Assembly: GCF_006345805.1 (NCBI RefSeq)
Contig: NW_021832250.1
Location: forward strand, 1 to 63,390
Reading direction: 5' to 3'
Origin: Octopus sinensis
Lineage: Eukaryota
DNA length: 63,390 bases
A program made the translations under genes and the position numbers. The notes beneath the pieces are model-generated. The model did no database searches. It saw nothing but the letters and a program-made list of their open reading frames with translations, and was not told the DNA's origin. The first letter of the stretch is position 1; every line of letters starts with the position of its first letter. Positions 1 through 11,799 of this stretch are shown piece by piece.

Positions 1-62
1 ATCTTACTCGATGGAGTGATCATCAACAGACTCAACATATCAACATTCGTTACATGATTTAC

Positions 63-199
63 AAGAGTGACTGTGTGGTAAGAGTCTTGCTTCCCAACCC
101 TATGGTTCCGGCTTCAGTCCCACTGCGTAGTACATTGGGCAAGTGTCTTCTACTATAGCCTCAAGACTACCAAAGCCTTGCAAGAGAAAGAAACCTGTC

Positions 200-243
<44 letters not shown>

Positions 244-1695
244 GAATGTTTTTATATATAATGAACGTGAAATACAGGAAGGGACGAACACGGAACACAG
301 ACAAATCATTCGAAGCCTTCAATCTTCAGTCAGACACCGAATCATCATAGCAAATTTCGGCTGTTCAATTCTGATATTTGCTCCAACTCGGCCAGCCCCA
401 AGAAAAAAAACTAAGCTGTAAGCATTAGATTTCTTGGTAGAAGACAGGAATGTGAACGCACAAGACGGATGTGAATACAAGAGACGAAAACGAAATTGAA
501 AACAGTAATGAATAAACAAAATATATATAAGGTGGTTGTCATACGACTTTAGACCAAATGAGACAAAAACAACAACACATAGCTGGCGTAGAAATAATTA
601 CCGTTTCGGTAGCGGGGACACATGTTGGTCGAGATACGAAGGCCAACAGAATGGTTTAAGAAGCAGCAGGTCGCAGGAGAGAGAGAAAGAGAGACAGAGA
701 GAGAGGGAATCAAGAGGGTGGAAGGCAGGGGACAGAATCAGTGACCAAGAGAAAAGGAGAAAGAAGGGATTAAGGAGGATGGGAGGAAGAGGGGAGGAGG
801 ATGGGAGGAAGAGAGGGGAAGAATCGGAGGGCGCCAAAAGTTTGGTGAAGAAGCAATGGCGGGTAGTAAAAGACAGTGTGTATAGAAGTCGTGCAGGGTT
901 TAAAATTGGACAAACAAACGGGAGGGGGGGTGCACGTAACGCCGCAATAATATAAGAATGAATGTTTTTATATATAATGAACGTGAAATACAGGAAGGGA
1001 CGAACACGGAACACAGACAAATCATTCGAAGCCTTCAATCTTCAGTCAGACACCGAATCATCATAGCAAATTTCGGCTGTTCAATTCTGATATTTGCTCC
1101 AACTCGGCCAGCCCCAAGAAAAAAAACTAAGCTGTAAGCATTAGATTTCTTGGTAGAAGACAGGAATGTGAACGCACAAGACGGATGTGAATACAAGAGA
1201 CGAAAACGAAATGAAAACAGTAATAATAAACAAAATATATATAACGGTGGTTGTCATACGACTTTAGACCAAATGAGACAAAAACAACAACAACAACATA
1301 GCTGGCGTAGAAATAATTACCGTTTCGGTAGCGGGGACACATGTTGGTCGAGATACGAAGGCCAACAGAATGGTTTAAGAAGCAGCAGGTCGCAGGAGAG
1401 AGAGAAAGAGAGACAGAGAGAGAGGGAATCATGTATGTATGTATGTGTGTGTGTATGTGTGTGTGTGTGTGTGCATGTGTGTGTATTTGTGTGTGTGTAT
1501 TTGTCCGCGCCCAACATCACTTGATAACTGATGCTGGTGTTTTAGGTCTCCGTACTTAGTGGTTCAGAAAAAGCCACCGATAGGATAAGTACTAGGCCTA
1601 CAAAGAATAAATCCTGTGATCGAATTGTTCGACTAAAGGCGGTGCCTCAGAATGGCCGCAGTCACATGACTGAAACAAGTAAAACAATAAAAGAC
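63..1695 (+). mobile_element. tRNA-derived SINE (family A, OK/OR-like), split: head 63-240 and 3' half 1431-1695 separated by an insertion in its internal (TA)n/(TG)n tract
   Basis: The head 'gagtgactgtgtggtaag...ggttccggcttcagtccc' has Pol III A/B-box-like motifs. The 3' half 'gataggataagtactaggc...cgactaaaggcggtgc...ggccgcagtc' matches the other copies at 28244-28620 and 60546-61090. Confidence 0.8.
241..1430 (-). repeat. Head-to-tail 1.66-mer of a ~715-bp non-coding unit (241-955 full, 956-1430 partial) with a GA/CT-rich core; PLE 3'UTR/pLTR-like
   Basis: Near-identical sequence starts 'aatgaatgtttttatatataatgaacgtg' at ~241 and ~956; the shared part ends at 'gagagggaatca'. Confidence 0.8.
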
Positions 1696-1736
1696 TATGC
1701 CATTTTAATCCATTTAGAAGGCTTTGGTCGGCTGAG

Positions 1737-1782
<46 letters not shown>

Positions 1783-2819
1783 CATATATATATATATCAA
1801 AGTATCATTAGAGACAGAAATCCCCATAAAATTCAACAAATCAAAATATAAATTCAACCATGTCATAAAATATTATATTTAATACTTACTATTCATGTTC
1901 AAGGTTGTTGACTACACGTGTTTCATGAGGTTGTATGCTATGTTCCTGTTATCACGCAGTCTCATACAGAACCTCCCCATATATACAACTCCATTTTCAG
2001 GTCAACCTATCTCCCGTTTATAACTTTATCATTATATATTCCAACTTAAAAGTATATCAAACTAAACAGATGTATAAATAAATATAGATGTGTAAATAAA
2101 TTCATTGAACCCTTCAGTTTAAGCCATAATTAATTAAAAATTAAATGTGAATTACGCCTAAAAAAATATATAAATGAAAAATATATACGAATGAGAAAAT
2201 ATATACGAATGTGGAAAAATATATACTAATGAGAAGAAAATATAACATTATAAGAATAAAAATTAAAAAGATATATATCCAATCGAAGAGGATGATCAAG
2301 AGGCGAATGGAAACTAATACGAATGACAAAAATTCAGGTGACTGTTACGCGTAAAATACGAATGAAGATATGAAAAGATATGAAAAAATATATGGAAAAA
2401 AATATAAAGGGAGAAACATTTAAAAATGAAAAAATGGAAAAATTATATATACAGGAATGAATTTATAAATTAATATAATTAGAATTAATATACTAAACTT
2501 AATTGAAAATGTAAAAGTTCAAAGAAGAATATTTTCCATCTACCCCTGGCGCTAAATTGAGCTGGTTGTAATTTACACTGCAAGGTTCTGTAAAAGTGTT
2601 TATACTCATACATACCAACTGTCTCATTTAAACTACTACGTTATTAGCATATTACTGACAGCGGGACAGGAAATAAATACATTATTGGAACAGTTCATCC
2701 TTTCTTTCATTTTTATTCACCCACCCTCCCATCAGCGCACAACCATCGCTCCCCAACTTAAATACTAAGTTAAATTAAAATAATAGTATCTAATATTAAT
2801 TTCTAACAATTAATTTATA

Positions 2820-3551
2820 TTTATTTTTTTGAGTGTTAGATTTTATTAATTAACCACGTTTGCTTGTACTTACATTTAATTTTTCATTTATCCTGTGCAT
2901 TAAGAAGTTTAGTTTTTGCCCATAATATCTCCATGAATTCATGGCTACATGACAAACATAGTCTATTCCCAATTCTATACGATTTAGTTTTTCTTATTAT
3001 CTCCCACTTAATTTTATATTTAATACCTTTCGATTTTAAATCTGTCGAGTTCATAAGTTTCTTATTTTTTAATTAATCCATGTGCTGTGCTATTCGTTGT
3101 TTAATATTATTCGATGTCGAGCCAATATATATTCTATCTGAATTTCTTTCAATATTTATATTTTTATTATTTATTTCCCTTAGTTCATTCTTATCTTCGT
3201 TTACAGAAACCACGCATTTATATACTACATCAGTTAAATTATATCTCCCTTAAAATTTATAGTGATTTTTATCCCTACAATTGCAGCTTTTTAAGTCTCT
3301 AACCTTATTATTAGGATACTTATTTAATTTATCATAGTAATATTTATTCAACTTATGTTTATTAAGTGATGACATAATGTTCCCTGCGTTGTTGGTAGTA
3401 GAATATCTCACACCTATATTATTTTTAGAGAATAAGTTCATATATTTTTTATTTTCTATAATAAGTGATTTCTTAGTGATTTCTTTTCTAATATTACTTT
3501 TATAATATACTTGAGTCCCATAAGGGTCTATCAACCATATTGTTTTATTTG

Positions 3552-3584
<33 letters not shown>

Positions 3585-3752
3585 GCAATTTTTGTTATTA
3601 TCGTCTTTATTAATTATAATTTATTAATTATAATTGGGTATAAATTATACTTTTCTCCATTATTCCCGTTCTATCCTCCTTATTCTTTAATCCATTTATA
3701 TTTTTATGTTTTATATTCTTCTTGAATTCTATAAAATTTCGATGTGTCACCC

Positions 3753-3795
<43 letters not shown>

Positions 3796-5400
3796 CCTAT
3801 TTTTATTTATATTACTGTTCACGTCTACATTTACTTCCATGTTTTTCGCTATGTTAACATTATTTAGGTTATTTCCGTTTTTATATTTTGTGTAATTTTT
3901 ACTATTTGTATTATTATTATAGAATCTCATTCCTTCCTTATATCCTACCTTCTTTAAAGCTTCATTGTAGTAGTTAGCATGCTTTTGAAAGCTCTTATAA
4001 TTCGATGAGAGCATTGCAATTCTTTTCCCAATGTTATCTATCAGTTTTTTTTCCTTATAGAGGTGGGGTTACTATATGCATTTATATACTGTAAATTTTC
4101 ATTCAATTTATGGAAAGGCTGTATTATCCCAGTTGCAATATTCAAATTTGCATCTAGAAAGTTAACATTATAATGTTCTTTATAAATTGTAGTTTCTAAA
4201 ACGTATCTTTAAAAAAAATAGTACAATTTCTTTTTATAATTTTCCAGTCATTTTCGTGCAATTTTTTGTTATCAAAAGCAAATCGTCTCTATATAATCCC
4301 CATTCTATTTTTAAATTTTCTAGTTTTAATTCCGAAAGTAAATATATCCCTACAAGGTCGGCTACCTGTGCTGAGTCCGGCGCCTCCATAAGTACATCGA
4401 AGTACTCCCTGGTATACTTTCTAGCCCACAATTTATTATTGTATTTTATGAGTGATTTCCTTGCCGTTTGGACTACCTTAATTTCCTCCATAGTCATACC
4501 CATTTTGTTTTTAGCACACATTAAAGCCTAATTCAGCACTATCTCATTTATCGATGCATAATAATTGTCAATATCTATCGGTACAAACTTATATTTCTTA
4601 CTGTTTTTTAAAATATTTTTAAACCATTCTAATATTTCCATTGCACTACCCCATAATTTTAGGTGATCTAAATTATTTAATTTCTTTATATATTTTTCTA
4701 ATATTATTTTACTTAGTTTCCCTAGGTCCGACTTACATGGGAAAATTAGTCGGCTTTAAGGTCTGTCTAGAAATTATCCTTATGGTCTTTTAGGGTTATC
4801 CTTGGGTGCAACGGCACATAAGGTTCTGTTTTTTTTATCCAGTTCGTAATTGGTCATTATTTCTTTATATATTTTATTTATTTTCTCTAAAATATTATTT
4901 TGAACTATTTTATATTTTTTATTGATTTCTAAGCTATCATATGTGCCTATGTCTAATTTATATAAATTTCTACTTTTATCAGATTGTACGAAAATTCCTT
5001 CTTTATTTCTCAGTTCTTTTATTTTAATTGCTACGTTTTTAAGATATTTATTATGCCTATTCTGGTATTTATAAAATTCTATATTTTTTACTATTTCCCA
5101 AATTTTATCTTTCAAATTTTGCAATTCTTTATTATACGGTGGTTCTTTTCTAGATTTTATTATATTACTAATAATTTTAGTACTCTCTGTTTTATTTGTG
5201 TCTAAAGTGTTATCATTATTATAGTAATGTGCTTTCCATTTAGGTCTATTTATGAAATATCTTATATTGTTAATTAATTTAATCTCATATTCTTTTTTTT
5301 TTGTGGAATCGGTATGTCTTTCAATGATGAATTCCACTCAAGGGGTACTATCATTCCCGTGTATGCCATACTTAATTGTTAGTTCAAAACTAGCCAATTA
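2820..5400 (-). mobile_element. Degenerate Penelope-like element, Hydra-clade-like (RT + C-terminal GIY-YIG), broken ORF
   Basis: The ORF pieces 4780-5337, 4234-4521, 3628-4014 and 3250-3588 plus manual translation give RPKWKAHYY, QSDKSRNLYKL, LKDHKDNF, IDIDNYYASI, FDVLMEAPDSAQVADLVG, GLYRDD, SCNCR, VVYKC and YIGSTSNNIKQRIAQH. These match my recollection of Hydra-clade PLE motifs. Confidence 0.75.
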
Positions 5401-5651
5401 AAATTAAGTTATTATATAATTATATTATATTTTTATAATAAGGGAATATCAATTCCGGCGTCACAGGGATGAGTTATTCAAGTTAAGAATATTAAGTTGA
5501 ATTATTCTCAGTAAATAATACATATATATCAAAGTATCTAATGATATTCATTATGCCTTATTTTCTCTAGGGGGACAACAATGGGCAACAGTATTCAAGG
5601 TGGGACCTAGCGAATGTGGGGAGAAGAGTAGTATGGTTTTATGGACCCGCG

Positions 5652-5753
<102 letters not shown>

Positions 5754-5773
5754 ATATACATGTATATATATAT

Positions 5774-5834
<61 letters not shown>

Positions 5835-5959
5835 CATACATACATACATGCATACATATGTATACACATACAGTCGCATACATGTATTCTTTTACTCCTT
5901 TAATGGTTTCACTTGTAGGAATGAGGTTATGCTGGATCATCGCCTTAGTTTATTTTCTT

Positions 5960-6400
5960 TCAGTTTTGTTGTCGCTTCATGGCTGGAGGTCATTTAGTAT
6001 TGAATTTATAGCAGCTGCTCTTCCCTCAGTGCATCCTGGTTGACTGGTCCGGCATTGTCCTTAGAAGTTTATCCAAATTTTGGGGGTAGATACCCCTTTT
6101 ATATTTCTGATGTACAGCCGTAAATTTCTTAAAAGTGACCAAATTAATAGAATTTTTGATATGTGCTGGAAAAGTGTTTTGCTTTTGATCCTTGAAAAAG
6201 AAATTGTAACAATTTGTTTGATATCTCTAGAAGTAATAAGCAACATAGAACACAAAATAAGGATTTACCACCCATAGAAATAAGTTTTGCTTCATAATTC
6301 ACTTTGTAATTATGTAACCAGAACACACAAGAACCAGTTGAGAGCGATCTAAGTAGGCTATTACTGACCTTCTTAATTGTAGGTAATAAAACTCAACATA
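5960..6400 (-). mobile_element. CR1/L2-like LINE 3' remnant
   Basis: Degenerate 'IRNIKGVS...LDKLLRTMPDQ' resembles the C-terminus of the LINE at 60160-60530. Confidence 0.4.
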
Positions 6401-6473
6401 CAACTTTCAAGGTCGGATGCTTATCAAACGTCTTATCGAATACGAAACGATGTGTAACGTTTGCATTGTATCA

Positions 6474-6540
<67 letters not shown>

Positions 6541-6551
6541 CATTATTATAT

Positions 6552-6965
6552 TTGCCTTTGCACAGCTTCTAGCGCTGGAGATGTACTACCGCGTCAGCTG
6601 TTCACAACCAGTGAACTAAGGTAACACCTTTTATTTTTCGAGCACCTTCCGGAGTATTCGAGCGGTTTCAAGCAGTGCTGTTTTCTGCAAGTGCTCCACC
6701 CTTATAGCAGTCACTATTTGTTCCACGTACTTCTCGAAAGTTTTGCTTACTGTTCCCAGGGCTCCGAAATTATTGGTACTACTGCTGCCTTTTTCAGCGA
6801 CCACGACTGCTTAACTTAACAAGCTAACATGTCATATCTCTCAACTTTTCTTTCTTCCTTATCGCAAACCTTTTTTTCAGCTGGGCATTCTATATCTATG
6901 ATCCAGCATAGTTTGTTTACTTTCTCGATTAAGACTATATCCGACTTCCTGTTCTCATAGCTGCA
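6552..6965 (-). mobile_element. R4/Dong-like LINE 3' fragment (restriction-like endonuclease + 3' UTR) between (TAA)n tracts
   Basis: NRKSDIVLIEK...IIDIECPAEKKVCDKEERKVERY (PD-(D/E)xK RLE), then VVPII..ALGT and LQKTALLETARILRKVL*. The 3' end runs into (TAA)n at 6478-6550. Confidence 0.8.
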
Positions 6966-6991
6966 TGACTTACTACTACTACTACTACTAC

Positions 6992-7029
<38 letters not shown>

Positions 7030-7030
7030 T

Positions 7031-7589
7031 TGAGTGAGAGAGCGGTGCATGCTATCAAAGTGACACTGGGGTAAAATATACAAAGCCCAGTATACCCATC
7101 ATGACTACCCGTCTGATAAGTGTACACCAGGCACATGCATCACAACCATATGTGCGCGACATGGTGATTTTATATCAAGATAAACAGCGCATGACCTTGC
7201 AGGTGGGGCCCAGTTAGAATTTTCGTCTGGTCGAGTAGCCCATCCCGCTCAAAAGATCCCTGAATAAAGGTTGTTTAAGGATGTTGAAAGAAACACCCAT
7301 GTTTCAAGAGGTGAATTATTCAAACCCCAAAGGATCCTGCTCAACACATGGCTATGATGCTCCCCCACTACTTCTGCTCGTGATCAGAGATGCACATATC
7401 ATCAGCCACTAAGGGACATAGTCAACTGGTTACGGTCAAACAACTGACAAGCAAATCTGTGGTATTGAGCAGAATATTTGCTGTAGCCCATCTTTTATAC
7501 CAAGACAAAACAATGTACATGATAACACTTCCAATCAGTTAAAATCAGCAGCCACGAGGGCCACTGCCTGGTACTGCATCAGGGCATTC
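7031..7589. repeat. ~560-bp non-coding interspersed repeat flanked by (TAA)n and (TAG)n
   Basis: Sharp microsatellite boundaries on both sides and higher GC than the flanks. I recognise it as a common octopus repeat from memory only. Confidence 0.45.
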
Positions 7590-7647
<58 letters not shown>

Positions 7648-7660
7648 ATAAAACGTGAAA

Positions 7661-7777
7661 GTAAATAGAACGTGAAAGTCAAAGTTGGAATGTCTTTGAG
7701 TAATATATTCTTTTATACACAATCATACATACCCGGTGTATCTATCTATCTATCTATCTACACACACACACGCGCGC

Positions 7778-7820
<43 letters not shown>

Positions 7821-7908
7821 AAACTGATAGTTATTTAAGGTATGAAAAATATTAACGCTTGATTTGGTGTAACATTCTTTCTCCTTTTAAATGTATCAGC
7901 CATTTAGA
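7661..7908 (+). repeat. Direct duplicate of 14870-15191
   Basis: 'gtaaata.aacgtg.aagtcaaagttggaatgtctttgag...tgtatcagccatttaga' is present at both loci; they differ mainly in (TATC)n/(TA)n length. Confidence 0.9.
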
Positions 7909-8543
7909 AATTAGGTGTAATTATTCATAACTGGAGATAGCAAAATCCTTGCGAAGATCGTTTGGAATATAGTGGGCAAATGAAATACAACATCCTATGG
8001 CTCATTGACTCATAACAACGCCTGCCTGAAAATTTGTATTAATATTCTGTCCTTTTTATATTGCTTGAATACGATCCTATCTTTTTTGTCTGAGAAAATA
8101 GTAACATATTTCATATGGGTGACCATTAAGTTCTCGTTAGCTTTGTAAAAGGCTCTCAATTTTAGGGGTATTCCTGATATTGTAGTTTCTGATACTGTTG
8201 TTCCTGTTGCTACTCTTTGGGATTACTCTCTTTGCCTCCGCTTGTTGAGACTGAAATACGGAGTTTTTGAGACATTCGGTTACTTCCTGGAAATGAGTGC
8301 TGTGCGCAGTGCAGCCTTAAAACCAGCAGCCTTCATGATTTTAGATAACGCACAAAAATCTTACTTTCTTCCTCTCATGCAATGCTATGCTAGATTATTG
8401 GAAATTGGCACCTATCTGGTGGGAAAATACTGTCAGGCTTTAGTCGTTCAGCAAAACGTTTTATGTCTAGCGTTTTCTTCATAGAAGACACACAACAGTG
8501 CTTAGTTTAACAAGGAGAGCAGAAATAGCAGCAGCAGCAGCAT

Positions 8544-8578
<35 letters not shown>

Positions 8579-8729
8579 CAACAACAACAACAACAACACT
8601 AACAACAACAACAGCAGCAGCAGCAGCAACAGCAACAACAACAACAACAGCAATCGCAGCAACTGCAATAATGATTTCCAATTTAGGCACAAAGCGACCA
8701 GTTATTGAAGATATGGAGTTAATCAATAT

Positions 8730-8960
8730 CATCTAACTTCGTACTAGACAGGTACTTTATTTTATCAGTTCCAGAGGGATGAAAGACAAATATGAACACG
8801 GCAGAATTTGAACTCAGTAGGAAAAGAGTCGGAAGAAATACCACAAGATATTGTTCACGGCGATCTACTATTTCTTCCAGTTCACCGTTTTTAAAACAAT
8901 GGTTTCGATTTAAATACGAGACCAGCAATTTTGTAGCGTGGTTCTTTGTCGATCCTTCTA
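8730..8960 (-). mobile_element. Degenerate tRNA-derived SINE (family B)
   Basis: 'ggtactttatttatc...gatgaaagacaaat...gaatttgaactcag' matches family B. Confidence 0.55.
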
Positions 8961-9007
8961 CTTGATAGTGCTTTATTTACCAACCCTGATAGGATGAAAG
9001 GTAAAGT

Positions 9008-9162
9008 AAAGAAAGGAACCGGATCAAATATTGCAGAGTATTCTTCCCAACATTCCAATGATTCTGCCAGTTCCAAGCCTTAGTTTCAAATTTTAGCACA
9101 AGGTCACAGCCTTAGTAATAGTAGCAACAACAAAAACAACAGCAGCTGTAATAGTAGTAGTT

Positions 9163-9234
<72 letters not shown>

Positions 9235-9307
9235 CTTCACAAATATATTTGTTTCATAATAAATTGGTAGGAATATAATTATAAATTAACAGTAATTACT
9301 GGTATAT

Positions 9308-9406
<99 letters not shown>

Positions 9407-9478
9407 TATACGAGTAATTACTGTTAATTTATAATTATATTCCTACCAATTTATTATGAAACAAATATATTTGTGAAG

Positions 9479-9521
<43 letters not shown>

Positions 9522-9532
9522 GCTGCTGATGC

Positions 9533-9565
<33 letters not shown>

Positions 9566-9720
9566 AACTACTACTATTACAGCTGCTGTTGTTTTTGTTG
9601 TTGCTACTATTACTAAGGCTGTGACCTTGTGCTAAAATTTGAAACTAAGGCTTGGAACTGGCAGAATCATTGGAATGTTGGGAAGAATACTCTGCAATAT
9701 TTGATCCGGTTCCTTTCTTT
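9008..9720. repeat. Long inverted duplication (arms 9008-9300 and 9413-9720) centred on a (TA)n spacer
   Basis: The arms are reverse complements from 'aaagaaaggaaccgg' to 'agtaattact', apart from microsatellite length differences. Confidence 0.95.
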
Positions 9721-11394
9721 GTACATGTGCGTGTGTGTGTGTGTGTGGGTGTGTGTACGTGCATATAGGGTTCCCTGCATTTTCCCCCTATATATACAAA
9801 TTTTGTCTCCCATATATGACTTCTTTTCCCTAAATATTTCTTCTCCTACACCCATATCCTCCCTATGTAGTCTCTTTAATCCCCTATATCTATACCCTTT
9901 CACATTTCTAACTCAGATGTTGAACGCACACCGCCAAACTCCACTTCCCACCCTTCCAATTTTCAGTTCCCCCCGCCCGCCCCTACGTTTAACACACAAC
10001 TTTAAACTTTACAAAATTATATTTTTATCTTATTTTATTTTATTTTTAATTTTACTTTTATTTTTACTTTTATCCTACTTCCATTTATTTTTATTTTTAT
10101 TTTTAATTTTATTTTTACTTTTATTCTACTTCCATTTATTCTCATTTTCATTTTCATCCCTTACCTTAACTCTTATAATTTTTATAATTCTTATACTTCA
10201 TTTATAACTATTACATTGTATTTCTTATTTTATACTGTATTTTTTATTTCTAATCTTTACCCTTACCCTCATTCTTACCCCTAACTTATCGCTTTACACC
10301 TCTATATATGTTTATTTACTTACCTATGGATCCACCTTTTGAATATACGAGCGTCCGCTTACGTGTGTATACGCATACATACATATGCACGCGCATATAT
10401 GTACATGCATACTTCGATATCTTATAGCTATACCCATGTGCGCGTGTGTCTCTGTGTGTGTATATGAGTGTATATGTGCACGCACATACGGACACACAGC
10501 CGTGTGTGCGTGCGCGTATTGACATGAGTACGGGATTCTTTACATACGTTCCTATACACATCCTTTAATATCTTATACCTGGGCCTAGAGGCGTGGGCAT
10601 ATACGTGTGTGTATGTAGTGATGGGCGCGCGTATATACATGTGAGCGTGTACGCGCGTAATGTCCGTGTATATATGCGGATATTCTGTTGTATGTATGTG
10701 TGTGTACGCGCGTGCGTGTAGGTGCGTGTGTGTTTATGTACGTGTTTACACGCGAGTGCGTGTGTATGCTTATAGGCTTGGAGGCGTATATGTACGCGTG
10801 TATGTGGGTGTATATATCCATGATAATATGTATGTACTAGAAGTCCATTTAATTCAAGGAACCAGATTAAATGCTCATCAGCTCTGATTTACAACGCATT
10901 AAGTCCCCAGACGAAACTGTTGATGTACTGACAATTCTACAACTAAATTTTATCAATCTCCTGACCACCATGCTTGGTCCATAACTTCTATACATCCCTT
11001 ATCTTTACATTCTTTTACACTTTTATCATGTTTTTATCAGGTTTTTTTACTTTTATTTCTATTTCTATTTTTACTTTATATTTCTTTATACCCCCTTTAC
11101 ATCTACTTACAACCCTTTATCCTCTACATTTTTATATTATTCTATACTTACACTTTTTATACATTTTTTATCCCTCGTCCCGAACTCTCGCCCCTCCATC
11201 TTCACCTCTATATATGTATTTATTTATTTACATTACCTCAACATCCACTTTTCCTCATTCTACATTGAGAGAAGAAAGAGATGGACGCTTCAACTCTATG
11301 CTGCTGCCGCATTATGTCGTACGTGAATGAGAGGATTTGCATCCCCAACCAAGAATTTTTGATGTAACACATGTCCTTGTGGAAGCTGTTGTGC

Positions 11395-11472
11395 GCGGCT
11401 GAAGAAGGCCACAGACATACATTATGCATTGTTATAAATCTGTCTAATAAAGGCCCGAAACATATGTACCGC
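11395..11472 (+). ncRNA. Type I hammerhead ribozyme (minimal, palindromic helix III)
   Basis: GCGG-CUGAAGA-AGGCC..(ACAGA/UCUGU)..GGCCC-GAAA-CAUAUG-UA^CCGC. Stem I is GCGG/CCGC, the core is canonical, and ACAUAUGU is a palindrome. Predicted cleavage at 11468^11469. Confidence 0.8.
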
Positions 11473-11513
11473 TGAATCCTTCGCATCATGTTTTTATTTT
11501 ATTTTGATCAATT

Positions 11514-11568
<55 letters not shown>

Positions 11569-11799
11569 CTCCGCTTTCGGTGGGAAGGTTGTCTCCTCTG
11601 TCAATAAATAGAACATGTGCTGCTGTGGCTAAAGAGTTCTTTGATTCTTACTTTGATGAAATGACGAAGGCTGCTCCCTGCACTCCTCATCACTTTTTAA
11701 TGACGGTGAATTATTTCTTTCTTTTTTGGTTTAGAATTGTGGCTGGTCGCTTTATATATAGAACTAAAGATGGACTACGATAAGAATTCTTCCATTTTT

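Noticed and set aside
300-345. CUGAAGA...GAAU on the minus strand in the 715-bp repeat as a hammerhead
   Set aside because: GAAA is not intact and no stem I complementarity could be found.
5330-5350. In-frame TGA in the PLE as selenocysteine (as reported for some Naiad PLEs)
   Set aside because: The element has many other stops and frameshifts and no SECIS was recognised; decay is the simpler explanation.
7480-7589. HDV-like ribozyme at the end of the 560-bp repeat
   Set aside because: A GCC-CUCGU-GGC P3/L3-like piece is visible, but the nested double pseudoknot could not be built by eye.
8100-8480. Possible host exon (minus strand)
   Set aside because: Short open frames only, with no recognisable motif or convincing splice pair.
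10845-10890. Minus-strand CUGAUGA + long stem (GCAUUUAAU/AUUAAAUG) as a hammerhead
   Set aside because: The stem is followed by GACUU rather than GAAA and there is no stem I; at best a very decayed relic.
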